Positions 51,804 to 64,000 of a DNA stretch of 64,000 nt are shown here, in pieces. How positions within the stretch are numbered: the stretch's first letter is position 1; each line of letters opens with the position of its first letter. Below the pieces are notes generated by a model. The model made no database searches. It was given only the letters and a program-made list of their open reading frames with translations, and was not told the origin of the DNA. Position numbers and translations under genes: made by a program. Origin of the DNA: Callorhinchus milii (lineage: Eukaryota); NCBI RefSeq assembly GCF_018977255.1, contig NW_024704743.1, forward strand, positions 65,102,001 through 65,166,000. Direction: 5' to 3'.

Positions 51804-52441
51804 ATAATAATAATAATATAATAATAATCCGTGCATTTGATATAGCGCTTTATCACTTGTATTCGAGACGTCTCAAAGCGCTTCACAGAATATACTGTAA
51901 AATGAATTGACTGTATATTTTGTGGGCGAAACGGGCAGCCAATTGCGCACAGCAGTGTCGCACAAACAGTCGTGGATTGAAGTGACCAATTTGTATTTTT
52001 TTTGAAGGAATTACTACCCCCAGAAAAGCAATCCACCAATCGTCTAACAACTGGGTTCCTACTTACTACCGGGTAAACAGAGGCATGTGGAGTAAGGAAA
52101 CTTGCCCAACATTTCACCCTGGCAGGAAATGAACCCAGGTATAATAATAATAATCCTTGCATCATTTGACATAGGGATTTTCACGTCTTTGAGACGTCTC
52201 AAAGCACTTCACAGAATATGTAAAGTGAATTGACTGTATATTTGTGGGCGAAAGGCGGGAGCCAATTTCGCACAGTAGTGCCCCATGAAGAGTCATGGAT
52301 TGAAGTCACCAATTTTATTATTGTTTTTTTTCTTGAGGGATTATTATCAGGTGTTTGGAGTAAGGACACTACCCTGCCAGGAATCGAACCCAGGTCTCTC
52401 GCTTGTGAGGTTAGTGCTCTAACCACTGAGCTACAGGACTT
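51804..52441 (-). mobile_element. Two head-to-tail tRNA-SINEs (51804-52140 long form, 5'-clipped; 52141-52441 short form)
   Basis: Two (att)n tails and two bodies, but only one A-box head, at about 52410-52441. Confidence 0.85.
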
Positions 52442-52557
52442 CTCTACATGATGTATGAGAAAAGAATAAACAAAATCAAAGAAGGATCATTTCATGTCTC
52501 AAAAAAAGATGCTTATGTCACTGAACTTGCTCTTATTGAAGGTGACTGCAGGAATTT

Positions 52558-52618
52558 ACAGAAAGTCTTCCTAGTCTTAAAATGCTAACAGAAAGTCTTC
52601 CTAGTCTTAAAATGCTAA
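52558..52618. repeat. Perfect 30-bp tandem duplication
   Basis: acagaaagtcttcctagtcttaaaatgcta x2. Confidence 0.95.
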
Positions 52619-52974
52619 AACAAAGTCTTAAAATAGGTTTTAAAAAGGCATGAGGTTCAAATGCATTGTTGAAAAAATGACTTGTGTTAATGGCATTTCG
52701 GGACATAAAATATGTCTCCTTTTTTTAAAACAAACGTGCGGCTCCTCCAGGCAATCTTATGTACATCATGTTGACTTACAATAATTTGGTTCCAAACAAA
52801 AATCACCTAATATCACTCTCATGGGTTCACATAAAGGATTCCTGGGGTGATGCACTTTACATCTCAAGGCCTTTTTTGATTCCAGGCAACATCTATGCTT
52901 TTTTCCCCCACTAAGCACCTTTCAACCCATATGTTTTCGTAAATAAGTTAGAGGATTTATCTTGTAAATGCATT

Positions 52975-53170
52975 ACGTGAAAGGATAGTGGAAGCCGATT
53001 CGATAATAGCTTTTAAGAGACTAGATAATTATTTGGGGAGGACAAGTTTGCAGGGCTATGGGGAGGGAGCGGGGGAGTGGGATTAATTTGGATAGCTCTT
53101 TCAAAGAGCCAGCATAGATGCGATGGGACGAATGGCCTCCTTCTGCGCTTTATAATTCTATGGATTCTAT
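52975..53170 (+). mobile_element. CR1-type LINE 3' end
   Basis: Same UTR as 21692-21835 and 45530-45718; ends ataattctatggattctat. Confidence 0.85.
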
Positions 53171-56100
53171 AATCTTAAACTCTGACTGCAGCCTAAGGGA
53201 CAATATAACAAAACTGGGTAGCTTGCTTTCCCACAGAATTGTAGAACTCTAGAATAGGGTCTCATTCAAAAATCTTAACTCTATTAGCAATTTTAAAAAG
53301 GAGCAGGGTAATTAACCAGCTATCAATTAGATAGATGGGGATGGTGAAGTATAGACACAAATGAACAAATTCTCTATGGAACATTATAGTTCTATTCATC
53401 CCAGGGCACTGGAATGTCATCTATGCAATACAGCTAATTTGGGATGAATAATGTAGAATGAATGTTAACCTGATTATCTGCAGCTCTGAATTACCTTGCA
53501 AGATCAGAAAGACATTCCATTGAGTGTTTTTTTTTCTTAGAACTGTTACGTATGGTCATTCACCTCTTTCAGAAGATGAGGTTGAAAAAATCCATGACAG
53601 TCCAACTTGTTTGTGACCCTGTTTGAAGGAGCAGGCTCAATGGGTTGAATGGCTTCTTCTTGTTCCATGCTTTCTCCTGCTACCATATTTTTAGAGACCT
53701 CTATCAGGTCATCTTCAATCTTTTTTCCAGCAGAAAAAGTCTCAGTTCCGCCAGTCACTGCTCATATTCTGGACACAATATTCTAACTGTGGTCTAAGTA
53801 ATGATTTATATAGGTTTAGCATGACCACTTTGCTTTTGTATTCTTTCCCATTTATAAAACCTAAGAGTCCATTAGCTTTTTGACAGCTTTGTCCACCTTC
53901 CTTCCCATCTTTGCGATCAAAGGTACTTGTTATTATTGACCAAAGTTTATTTCTTCAAATTACTGGATCCCAGTAGCCATTAATGATTCATCTAGATCTT
54001 CTGCCTAATTCTGTTTTGGGGAATAGTACAAAGATGCATTACAACAATATGCTACTATAATGTACATACAATACTAGTAAGGGAACCATAGAGATTTATA
54101 GCACAGAAAAAATGCCATTGGATGCCTGATCAGATAGACTGGAAACTCAAGTAATCTGTTTGATGTATGTTTTAGGTCATACACAAAAAAATTAAAAGCT
54201 GAAGATGACAAGTATCACATCGAAGAAGTATAGAATTTAGGGGCGGATTTTTTTCTCAATTATCCCCCATTAGTGGGATTGCAAAAATAATTATTGTACC
54301 TGCTCAAATTGGGGCAACGAATTATATCCAGATCTTGAAAGCACAATCATCTGGCTTCACACTGGATGCAATGAAGCTGGTTGGAGATCCATTCAGCCTT
54401 TTTAATCACTTTGATGTTTTTTTCTCCTACAGATGGCCCTTAAAGACTTGAGCAAGCTTCTGGGAATTCCTTTTACTTCAAAATAATGAAGGGATCTGCA
54501 GCCAGCTACATTAATGAATAAAGACCTGAAAATTACCTCAACTACAATTGGACCAGACTGCCTGGCTTTCCAGCATATTGAATCAGGCAGCCCTTTATTA
54601 GTCTGTAACAGACACCTTATAACTGGCAAGATGAAGTTACAACCCTAAGAAAGAATGCTATTTTTCAAAGCAAATAATGGATATGGCCTCTTATAGAGCA
54701 TAATATATAAAAATCCGTTTCACTTTGCTCAGTGTAGAAATCCAGGACTTGAAAATATGAGTAACATTGGACATGACCACATGCCTCCGTAAAATATTTT
54801 GGATTAGCCACGCCTAACTTGTTTTTGCGCATTGATGTGTGTAAAAATGGCATTTTTGGCAACAATGCTACTGCTCTGAGCACACAGAAATGCGTCTTCC
54901 CAAGAAATACAATGTGCAAATCAACCCGAGGAAACAATGCTCACAATCAAACTTTTTTGAAATGCAGCTTCCCACTGATCCATAACCAATTCACCAGCAG
55001 AGAAATTGTGTAAGTAAAGCCATGAGCGGAGAATACATAGCGGGAGATGCTGTTTTCAGGAGCGATAATATTCTTTATGAACTACACTTCCCACGATTCA
55101 GTGGTAATGAAACACATACTGATTGAGTGGCATGGATATGAATTGCGATAATAAATGACTGCACAGTAGGGTCAAAAATGAAAGGGGGCCTGGGAGCCAA
55201 TTTCTTTCTGATCTGAAGATAAAGCTCTTGAAACCCTTCTTACCGAGACCTAAATGTAGCTCATATTCAGGCTGATCTTTAAAACCCTTAGTGCAACAGG
55301 TTCCCCAGTGGCAATTAGTGAACAAACTGTACCATAAAATGACAGGATTCAGATTCAACCAAAGATTTTCCACACAGTGAAGATGTCATCAAAGCCAGTT
55401 GCCTGGAGCGCCAAAGCAGAACGATCCTTCTAAAGGAGTTTTGAGATTGGAGTTTTGTCGGGTGAATTTTACTTGTCAAACCTGAGAATGTATTCTACTG
55501 TCTGACCTTTCTCAACATTTCTGTGTTGAGTTTTACCTTAAACTGTCATCAGATAATACTAAATGCAACGAACCAACACATGGGATCAGGCTTTAAGATG
55601 GTTAAGAATCACTTTAAGATCTCTTAGCAGTGGGCACATGAAGCTCAGCAGCTTTTGCAGAAGAATAACACCACCATCCTTCCCTGGGTTTCTCTACCTT
55701 CTCTTCATGGCCCACCTCTGTGGGAAGGCCGGCATTGTCGGCTTGGCTGCTGGCTTGTTCACCCACAGAGGGAGGGGATGGCGGGAATGGAGCAAGTGAC
55801 CAATTTATTTTATTTGGGGTTTATTGGCCAGGACACCAAGGGAGAGAAATTCCCTTCTCTTTGCAAATAGTGCCATGGGATCTTTAATATCCACCTGAAC
55901 AGGCCAACGGGACCTCGGTTTAACGTCTCATCTAAAGGACAGCAAAACAAATGACAAGCATGTGTGCAAGTTCATTACAAAAGCAGATATTCTGTATTGA
56001 ACTTCGTAATACAGTGCAGGAGTAGGAGGGCTTCCATGTGTTATATTCTCAGCAGTCACGCCCCTTTACAGCAGGTAATCTGGCATAATGGAATTCCGAC

Positions 56101-58829
56101 CCAATACTATTCCCAGAAACATTTGTGGATATCAAGACAAAATTGAGTTCAATGATTTGGTTTTCTTTGGGGCACTATCGTACTTGCAATTGGACTGTTT
56201 GATCTCTCTGTGCAGAAGGCAGTTGCTCAACGGAGCAGCACAACCGAGAGTTTGAAATGGGAGCTGGCGAGCTCTGAGCATTAGCAGGGGTTTAGTTTTT
56301 GGCATCTGTCTCACACTGATCAGATGAGACCAAGAAAAACAGTGGAAACTTAAGAAATGCACATTTGTTTAAAATAAAGGATTTTTTTTAGATATTGCAC
56401 GAAGAACCAGAGCTATCAAGTTTGAGGTGAGAAATGCTTGGTGTAGACAAACCTAATAAACGTTAATCCGTGGCTCACTGTGGTTCTTTGTTGGCACAGG
56501 AAACATGTTTATAAACGGCATATAACTGCATTGCACGCATTTCGCCCACAAAAATATAAAGTCAATTCCCTTTACAGTATGCTCTGTGAAGCGCTTTGAG
56601 ACGTCTTGACACCGTGATAAGGCGCTATTGCAAGGATTATTGTTATATCTGATGTGGGTACACAGGATAACTCCCAGCATGTCTGGAAGTAGAAAACTCA
56701 GTCCACCTTGCTGGAAATGGGGAAAATATGGGCATCAAGTGAGGGCAGGATGAACATAATCACGATCAAGTAGCTTGAATAATAATTATAATCCTTGCAT
56801 TTGATAATAGTGCCTTTCACATCGGGTGGACGTTCTTAAAGCCCTTTACAGGATATACTGCAAAGCGTCATGACTGCGTATTTTGTTGGCAATGGTAAAG
56901 CAAGATTAAGCTTTTGATTCTGACCAAATCAAAATGCTCAGGTCCTCTGGCAACTCACAAAGGTCCATCTGGTACTCAATACTGATTAAAAGGTTGCTGG
57001 TGCTAAAAACCATCTCTGCTGGCTACATGAATGTTGGAGCTCCTTCTAGTGGCCAAGCAATAGGAGAAGTGGACACATTTCCTGCAGGTACTGACCTCAT
57101 AACAGTGGAATTTTCAACTCTTGTTACAAATACCTCAATATAATTAAAGTGGTCAAAAAGGGAGGCCAGTCACATTCAAAAAGTGACAGCAACTCAATTA
57201 AAGCCAGCAAAGGTCTACTTGACTTAGTACATTAAACAAAAATCCAACAGGGCACAAACCATGTTGGGTTGTCCACTCAGTGAAATTATTCCAAAAATCT
57301 GATTGCAACCAATTTCATTACTCAGAAAGCGGAGACGCGAAGGCATATAAGAGAAAGCAGATAAGTCATATAAAAAGGACTCTTAAGAGAAAATTGGAAA
57401 ATCAAATTGAAATTTGTGCCTGTGGAAAAACAGACCTTTAGGTTGCAGTTTTCATACAAAAAAAGAATTAAACAAGCTGAGAGCTTTAGGGAAATAAAGG
57501 AATAGTGAAAGATATAAGGCTATGAATCACCTTTTAAATAACAATTTTGCCTGTTAAAATATTGCAGTAATATTCCATGTCTGCATCCAACAATACTAAA
57601 AAGAAGAAGGCCTTTGTAGTTTTTGGACACTGAAGGGATAGCAGAAAACTGAAATCACTTTTACTATTTCACAATGGTCAAGACAAATCAAAGGAAGAAG
57701 TTTGGAAAATATTACTGTGTTAATCATTAGACCAGGAAGCTATTATAATGGACACAATACAGGACCATCTATCGAGATGAAGGGTAATAAAACACACACA
57801 AAATGGGTTTATAAAACAAATTCATGATCAATAAATCTCTTAGAAAGAAAAATATTTCATTTTTACAGAGTTTTATCACATCAAAATATCTGAAAGTACT
57901 TTACAGTAATCATTGTCAAGTACAGTGACTTATTTTATACAGGCAAATGAGACAGCCATATCGTATAAAGCAAAGTTCCACAAACAGCCATGAGGTGAAC
58001 GAGGAATTTATCTGAAGGATTGTTGATCTCCATTGATTTGTTTTGAATAGTGTTAAGGGATCTTTAATGTCCACCTACACAGGCAAATGAAACTAGATTT
58101 AATATTACATAGAAAAGACGGTAACTCCGACAATACTGCATCAGCCCAGATCCAGAGCCTGGTGTGCTAGCAAAATAATAATAATAATCTTTGCATTTGA
58201 TTATTATAAAAGAACCTGTTGTGCTATCAGCAGAACCTATTGTGATGACGTTATAAGGTGCTACATCAAACACCAGTCTTCTTTTATTATTACTATTAGG
58301 TGGTGTTTAGCAAGGCAGTTGTTAAAGGTAAAGCAGTATATATTCTAGATTTTGAAAAAACAATAGTCACAGGAAAACTAGCTAAAAACTTGATCTTCCT
58401 GAAATGAAATAACTAGTACGCCAATGTCTCAGCTACATTTCCAGGGGTAATAAGCAGCAGAGGCCAAGCAAGACCTGTTCCACAGAATGCAAGGGAAATC
58501 TCCCTGGCTCCATTTTGTACACCTACTGGTAACTAGCTAGAGACGGGCACAGAATCCACTATGTTGGTCAGATAGTGGTTCAAGGTGCAGGGAGATGTCA
58601 AACATTTTGATATAAAAAATAAAAATAATGTTTTAAGAAAAAACAAATAGCAACAGGTCACAACAAACAAATTACAAATCTGATTTAAAAATGAGCTTGA
58701 AATAAAAAACAGAGAATAAATGAACCATTGAACGCAAGGATTATTGTTATTTGTTACAGTCTCCTGCAGAGTTCCACACAGATGATTCCTAACACTCCTA
58801 CTGTTCCAATGTTTATTAAAAGGTCTTGA

Positions 58830-59445
58830 CAAAAAGGACAAAAATTTTGTAGACAATACCAATTGTGTGAAAAAGTTGACTTTGCCAAAGAATTGGATAC
58901 AGCCCTTTTCAGATTTTATTTGGGGTATTGCGTTCAGTTTTGGGGGCTCAACCTTACGGAAAATATACTGGCCTTGGAGGGCATCCAGCAAAGATTCACA
59001 AGATTAATACCTGTGATGAAGGATTTTAGCCATGTTGAGAGGTTGCATTAACTTGAATTGCATTCCTTGGAGTGGAATATGTCAAGGGTAATCTGATTGA
59101 GATATTTCAAAGAGAGAGGGGAATTGACAAGCTAGATACTGAACAATGCTTTCCTCTGGTCCAAAGCAAGTCGTAAAATGAGAGTTAATTCATTTAGCTG
59201 TAAATTTAGAAATCATTTCTTCACACAAACTGTAATAAGAATGTGGAATGTACTGCCCTGGGCCTTGGATGCAGAAATTGATTTGGATGTTTAACGGGGG
59301 GGGGGGGGGGGAAGAGATTCATACTTGTAAAGTAAAGGATTTCAGGGATATGAAGAGAAGATGTAGAAATTAGATTAAAATACCTGCCAAGTTCTAGTAG
59401 TGACAGGAAAGGTTTGATGGGCCAAATAGCCTACTTCTATTATGA
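58830..59445 (+). mobile_element. Decayed CR1 ORF2 3' part
   Basis: LGYCVQFWG...ENILALEGIQQRFTRLIPVMKDFSHVERL; contains a G16 run at 59296-59311. Confidence 0.85.
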
Positions 59446-61949
59446 TATTATTGAAACAGATATTTAAATAGAAGGAGCAGAAAATTCCCAATTAGTTAAC
59501 TGTTTCCACATGGGCAACGTGAGCTGCTAGGGGTAGTATGCAATCCTAGACTGTTGATGTTGTGACATTAGTGCCATGAGATGTTTTTCACTCTTAATGC
59601 CTCGAGAAGGAGTGTGAAATATACTGTTGCAATTTATGGCATCAAAGACATTAAAAAAACAGAAATTATGACTACATGATGAATGCATAATTCTGTGTAT
59701 GTGTGTGTATATGTGTGCATGCATATGTGTGTGTGATTAGTGATCGACCACTGAAAATACCACTGATAAAATCTGCAATTTGAGATTATTATTGGTGGAT
59801 GTGTACAGTAAGATGCACAGAACTTCCATAAAGATTTAGAGGAGTTAGAAAGGATACAACGAACAAGCACAAGGTTTATTCTGGGACTGGAGGTTATTGA
59901 TGTGGTAGGGTGAAAGAGCTTATTGTTTTGTCACAGTAAGAGACAAGACTTGACCTATGGTTAGAATAAGACTGCATAACATGGAAACTGCACACTATAG
60001 TACTACATATTATATTTGTGGTAAATACAATACAAAATTACATTTGTATAGCGCCTTTTACGTCGGGAGGACATTCATAAATAATCATAAACTGAAGAAA
60101 CTAAGAGTTGCAAATGCACACATGAATTTATTTGTTATTAAGAGTCACAAACTTGTGAAACAGACTGCCATAAAGCAATCTGCAGTGGTCTCCTGATTAG
60201 GGAGTATCAGGAGTGTGGGGGCAATACAGGTGCGGCACCGAGACAGTAAATGGAGACTTCTATCTAGGACACAAATTCAAAGTGCTGATTCTGGGGGAAG
60301 CATCGAACAGATCAAATAACTCTGTATCAGTTCCTGTCGATCAATCTACTCTGCTTAACTTTCCCTTCACTCTTCTGATGAATACAATTCTAACTTACAC
60401 TCCTCCCATATCTCACCCAACTAGCTATTCTTCTTGTGTGAAGCAACCCAGTGAGTTGCAGTGGTCTCATTTGCCCAAGGAGGCTAACAATACAAGATCA
60501 GTTTCGATGAGGAAGACCCTTCAGCCCACTTGATCTCATCTTTCCAGAATACCCAACCCACCGTCCTTCTATCACAGCATCAAGCTGTTTTTTTTCTCAA
60601 AGGAGTCCAGCGTGGGTTCCTTTTCCTGGTAACCTGCTTCAGTCATTAATCACACTCTGAGTAAAGAAATACTTCCTGGTGTCTGTCCTGAAATCGTCCT
60701 TTTCAACTCTAAACCCTTTGTCTTCTTGTTCTACTATCTTGGTGCAATCACACGTGTCACAAGTGTACTGTTATTCTCCCCCTACGTCCACAGTCCATTT
60801 CCATCAGGAATAACAGAAATGCAACCCTGATCAATTTTCACCCACACATTAGCCAAAGGAAACAGAGGTCCATCGTCTTCTGATGTATATACTGTTGTTC
60901 TATACAACTGATTCTTCCAGTTTACCAAAAAGCTGGAGTTCATTAGCAGCATCTGCTGAATTAATTTGATTTATACAAGATATTATTTTCAGTCTGTAAC
61001 ACATTCAATTCAACAACGCTTACATATTTAAGCTGTTTAATTGCTCTGAAATAAATGCTGACATTGGTTCAACACCAATGATTCACAGCATAAAAATGTT
61101 GCCGAACATCATGCTGAATGAACTTGTTCACAGAACATTGTTGCAGCAAATAAAAGTGTCAGGCAAAAGACGGTAGGGTAATAATTATGTGCGATACAAA
61201 CTATCGCAAATTAAAAATGGAATGAAGTCGAAAGGATGATGCTCCAGAGAGTGGGGCCAGAAGATGTGAAGCCTTTTTAGCCTTTAGGGAGCAGCAGATC
61301 AGTAGGGTGTGAGGTGGTCGCAGAGTTAGTGTAAGAGGAGACCATGGAGGGATTTAATGTTCAGGACAAGAATCGTCAACTCAATCCACTGGGTGATGGG
61401 AAGCCAGTGGAGCTGGGTGAAGGTGGGGGTGATAAGCTCACAAAGCCTAGCGCGGGAAAGGACAAATTCTTCAAATTTGTAAGAATACTAAAATCAGGCT
61501 TTTTATTTTTTTTAAACCTGGTTGGTTGTATGATTACCTCTTTCAGAATACTTTAAAAGATGGCTTGTACACGTCTTATGAGTCGTCTGGATGGCCAACA
61601 GGCCTCAACGGAGCAGCCTCTGCAACTTAAGCCCTCCCCACATATTCCGACTGGAGTGGGTGCAAATCACAGAACTCCTGAAACTATCTTCTTGAGGTGG
61701 TGTTAGGAGCAGGGCTCCAGCGCAATGCACACTATATGACTTCCCCCAACTGTGCTGCACATTTGACAGCAAATTGCCAACAAAATCAAGCAAATTGGTA
61801 TCAATGGTGCAGCACAAGAACCATTTACAAACTAATACAAAGCAGATTTTCTCATTGTCTCTACTGATGGTTGATTCATTCAACTTTTTTTTNCATTCGT
61901 GGCAAGGCTTCCCCTCACCATTGAGTATTTTAACACTAGATCACAAGAG

Positions 61950-62740
61950 AGATTTAGATGCAGAAAGCCCTTCAGCCCATTTGATCTCATCCTTCCAGAA
62001 TACACATCTTACTGTCCTCCCCACATACTTTCAAGATTTTTTTAAAATTATGTTCGGGATCCTGACCTCAACAACCCTTCTGGGCAACCCTGTTCCGGTC
62101 GTTATTTACTGTCTGCATAAAGAAAAACTTCCTAGTATCTGTCCTGAAATTTCCCTTTGCAACTCCAAACCTATGTCCTCTTGTTCTACTGTCTTGGTAT
62201 ATTGTTCTGAGTTTAATTTCTCAATCCTATTGAAAATCTTGTACACCTCTATAAGGTCCCCTCTTAGAAGTCTTGTTTTAAGATTGAAGAGCCGTAGCTT
62301 GTCTAATCATTGCTCGAAGCTCATTTCTCCAACACTGGGGTCTGTCCTTGTTGCTTGGGCAGCCCCCTTTACCACGGTGACCAGACTTCTATGTAGTACT
62401 CTCAGTGCAGCCTGACCAGAGCATCATATGGCTTGAGTATGACTTCTGGGAGAACTGAACTCAACTGATTTGGCAATATAGCCAGAATCATGTTTGCCTT
62501 CTTTATTGCTGCCTCATAAGGTTTCACATAGTGAGCGATGAATCAGCTAACACCCCTAGATCTCATTCAGCTTCCCCCTGGCAACTTCTATTCCGCTATG
62601 CCTCCTATTCTTACTTTCTGTATGCAGTATCTTGCAATTACCTACACTAAACTTCATTTGCCACTTATCAGCCCATCAAGCAAATTCTATCAAACTTTTT
62701 TTGTAAGACTTTTACTGCCTCCTCTGGTTCCCATTATGCT
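61950..62740 (-). mobile_element. Decayed CR1 ORF2 3' part
   Basis: Reverse strand gives ALVRLH.EYY..VWSP and LFNLKTRLLRGDLIEVYKI-like remnants plus a 3'UTR; sister fragment at about 60490-60745. Confidence 0.8.
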
Positions 62741-63069
62741 CATAGTTTTAGAGATTAATAGGATATTGAAGGGTTTGCTTTGAAAATGAAAAACATCTTG
62801 TGGACTCAAGAGGCTTGCTGGAAGCTGTAAACAAGTTGCTCAAAACTGACAAGCCAGTGGAGCTGTTCCTATCTATTCTTTAAACTAAAGAGTGAAAATC
62901 ATTCTTCAGAACACAGACCAGTGGCTGAACCGAGTTTTCTTTCCAAACATTATTTATAAGTTTGGAAATATATTTTAAATATCCCAAGGTTTGGTCAATG
63001 ATTGGAAAGAAGAAACAGTACGTTCAAATCCTGCCCTAGAGTGGATGATGCTAACGCAATGCAGAGTAT

Positions 63070-64000
63070 ATAACAACAATCACAAAATTACATTTGTATA
63101 GCACTTTTCAAATCAGGAGGACGTCCCAAGGCGCTGGACAGAGTTATGGACCCGAGCTGGGGGTTGGGGCCGGGGAGGATGGAGGGCAGGGAGATCGGAA
63201 GCACAGTCGAAGAGGAGGGTCTTGAGATGGGTCTTGAAGGAGGCAAGGGAGGGGGCGAGACGGAGGGATTGCGGGATGGAGTTCCAGAGGGTGGGGGGAG
63301 AGTGGCAGAAGGCCCACCCGCCAATAGTGGGACAAGTGAGGCGGGGGACGTGAAGCAGGCTGGAGCCCGCTGAGCGGAGGGAGCGAGCAGGATGGTAGGG
63401 GGTTAGAAGGTCGCAGAGGTAGGGGGGAGCAAGTCTGTAATAATAATAATAATAATAATCCTTGCATTTGATATAGCGCTTTTCACGTCAGGAGGACGTC
63501 CCAAAGCGCTTCACAGAACACACTGTAAAGTGAATTGACTGTATATTTGTGGGCGAACGCGGCAGCCAATTGCGCACAGCAATGTCCCACAAACAGTCGT
63601 AGATTGAAAATGACCAATTTATTATTGTTTTTGGATTTTGGAGGGATTATTATTAGGCGTGTGGAGTAAGGAAACTTGCCCAAGGTTTCGCCCTGTCTGG
63701 AATTGAACTCAGGTCTCTCGCTTGCAAAGCGAGTGCTCTAACCACTGAGCTACAGGACTCCACGCTGTAGTGCGCTTTGAAGGTGGGGACCAGAATCTTG
63801 AACTGTATCCTCTGTGTGATGGGAAGCCAGTGGAGTTGGGTGAGGATGGGGGTGATAGGGTTACTGAGCCTAGTGCAGGAGAGGACATGGGCTGCAGAGT
63901 TCTGGATGATCTGCAGCCTGTGGAGCGAACAGTTTGGGAGGCCGACAAGCAAAGAGTTTGCATAGTCAAGCCTCAATGTAACGAAAGCGTGTATGAAAAT
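63070..64000 (-). mobile_element. L2 LINE 3' part running off the window end, with nested SINE
   Basis: RLDYANSLLVGLP...LQIIQNSAAHVL...ITPILTQLHWLPITQRIQFKIL, then 3'UTR stem-loop. Confidence 0.9.
63438..63763 (-). mobile_element. Full-length young tRNA-SINE (short form) inserted in L2
   Basis: gtggagtcctgtagctcagtggttagagc...gagttcaattcc...(att)n; ctgta is present at both junctions. Confidence 0.92.

Noticed and set aside
57037..57056. CTCF-like motif (minus tggccactagaaggagc); weaker one near 23680
   Set aside because: Core mismatches; such hits are expected by chance in 64 kb without ChIP or conservation data.
44341..64000. Search for the upstream COBL exon (RAPPPP...VLP.G.EK)
   Set aside because: No matching segment found by eye; it probably lies beyond the window.
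1..64000. Prokaryotic-type systems (CRISPR arrays, operons, defence loci), rRNA or viral inserts
   Set aside because: No regularly spaced repeat-spacer array, no dense ORFs and no compositionally foreign block; the window reads as vertebrate intronic DNA throughout.

Overview
Eukaryotic, intron-dominated genomic DNA from a cartilaginous fish. The repeat content (L2-rich, L2-tailed tRNA SINEs, Deu-domain SINEs, CR1 3' ends) suggests a chimaera/elephant-shark-like genome; that assignment is an inference. The whole window appears to lie inside one minus-strand cordon-bleu family gene, most likely COBL (COBLL1 not excluded). I assembled five phase-compatible GT-AG exons by hand: 44340-44130, 42503-42275, 40690-40643 (symmetric cassette), 38669-38578 and 19495-19307. 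They encode the ubiquitin-like Cobl-homology region and one KKRRAPPPP (KRAP) motif. No start exon or WH2-encoding exons were found here. The rest is intron filled with retroposon fragments (tRNA-SINEs, DeuSINEs, L2, CR1, Penelope-type palindromes), small TIR/foldback elements and one unclassified four-copy repeat family, often nested. Most other listed ORFs are spurious or TE-derived. I found no convincing new biological system. The best leads are a candidate internal ATG-terminated first exon, a regulated cassette exon, a Penelope-type hairpin with a degenerate hammerhead core, and a locally templated inverted insertion. TE boundaries were read by eye and are approximate (about +/-20 bp).
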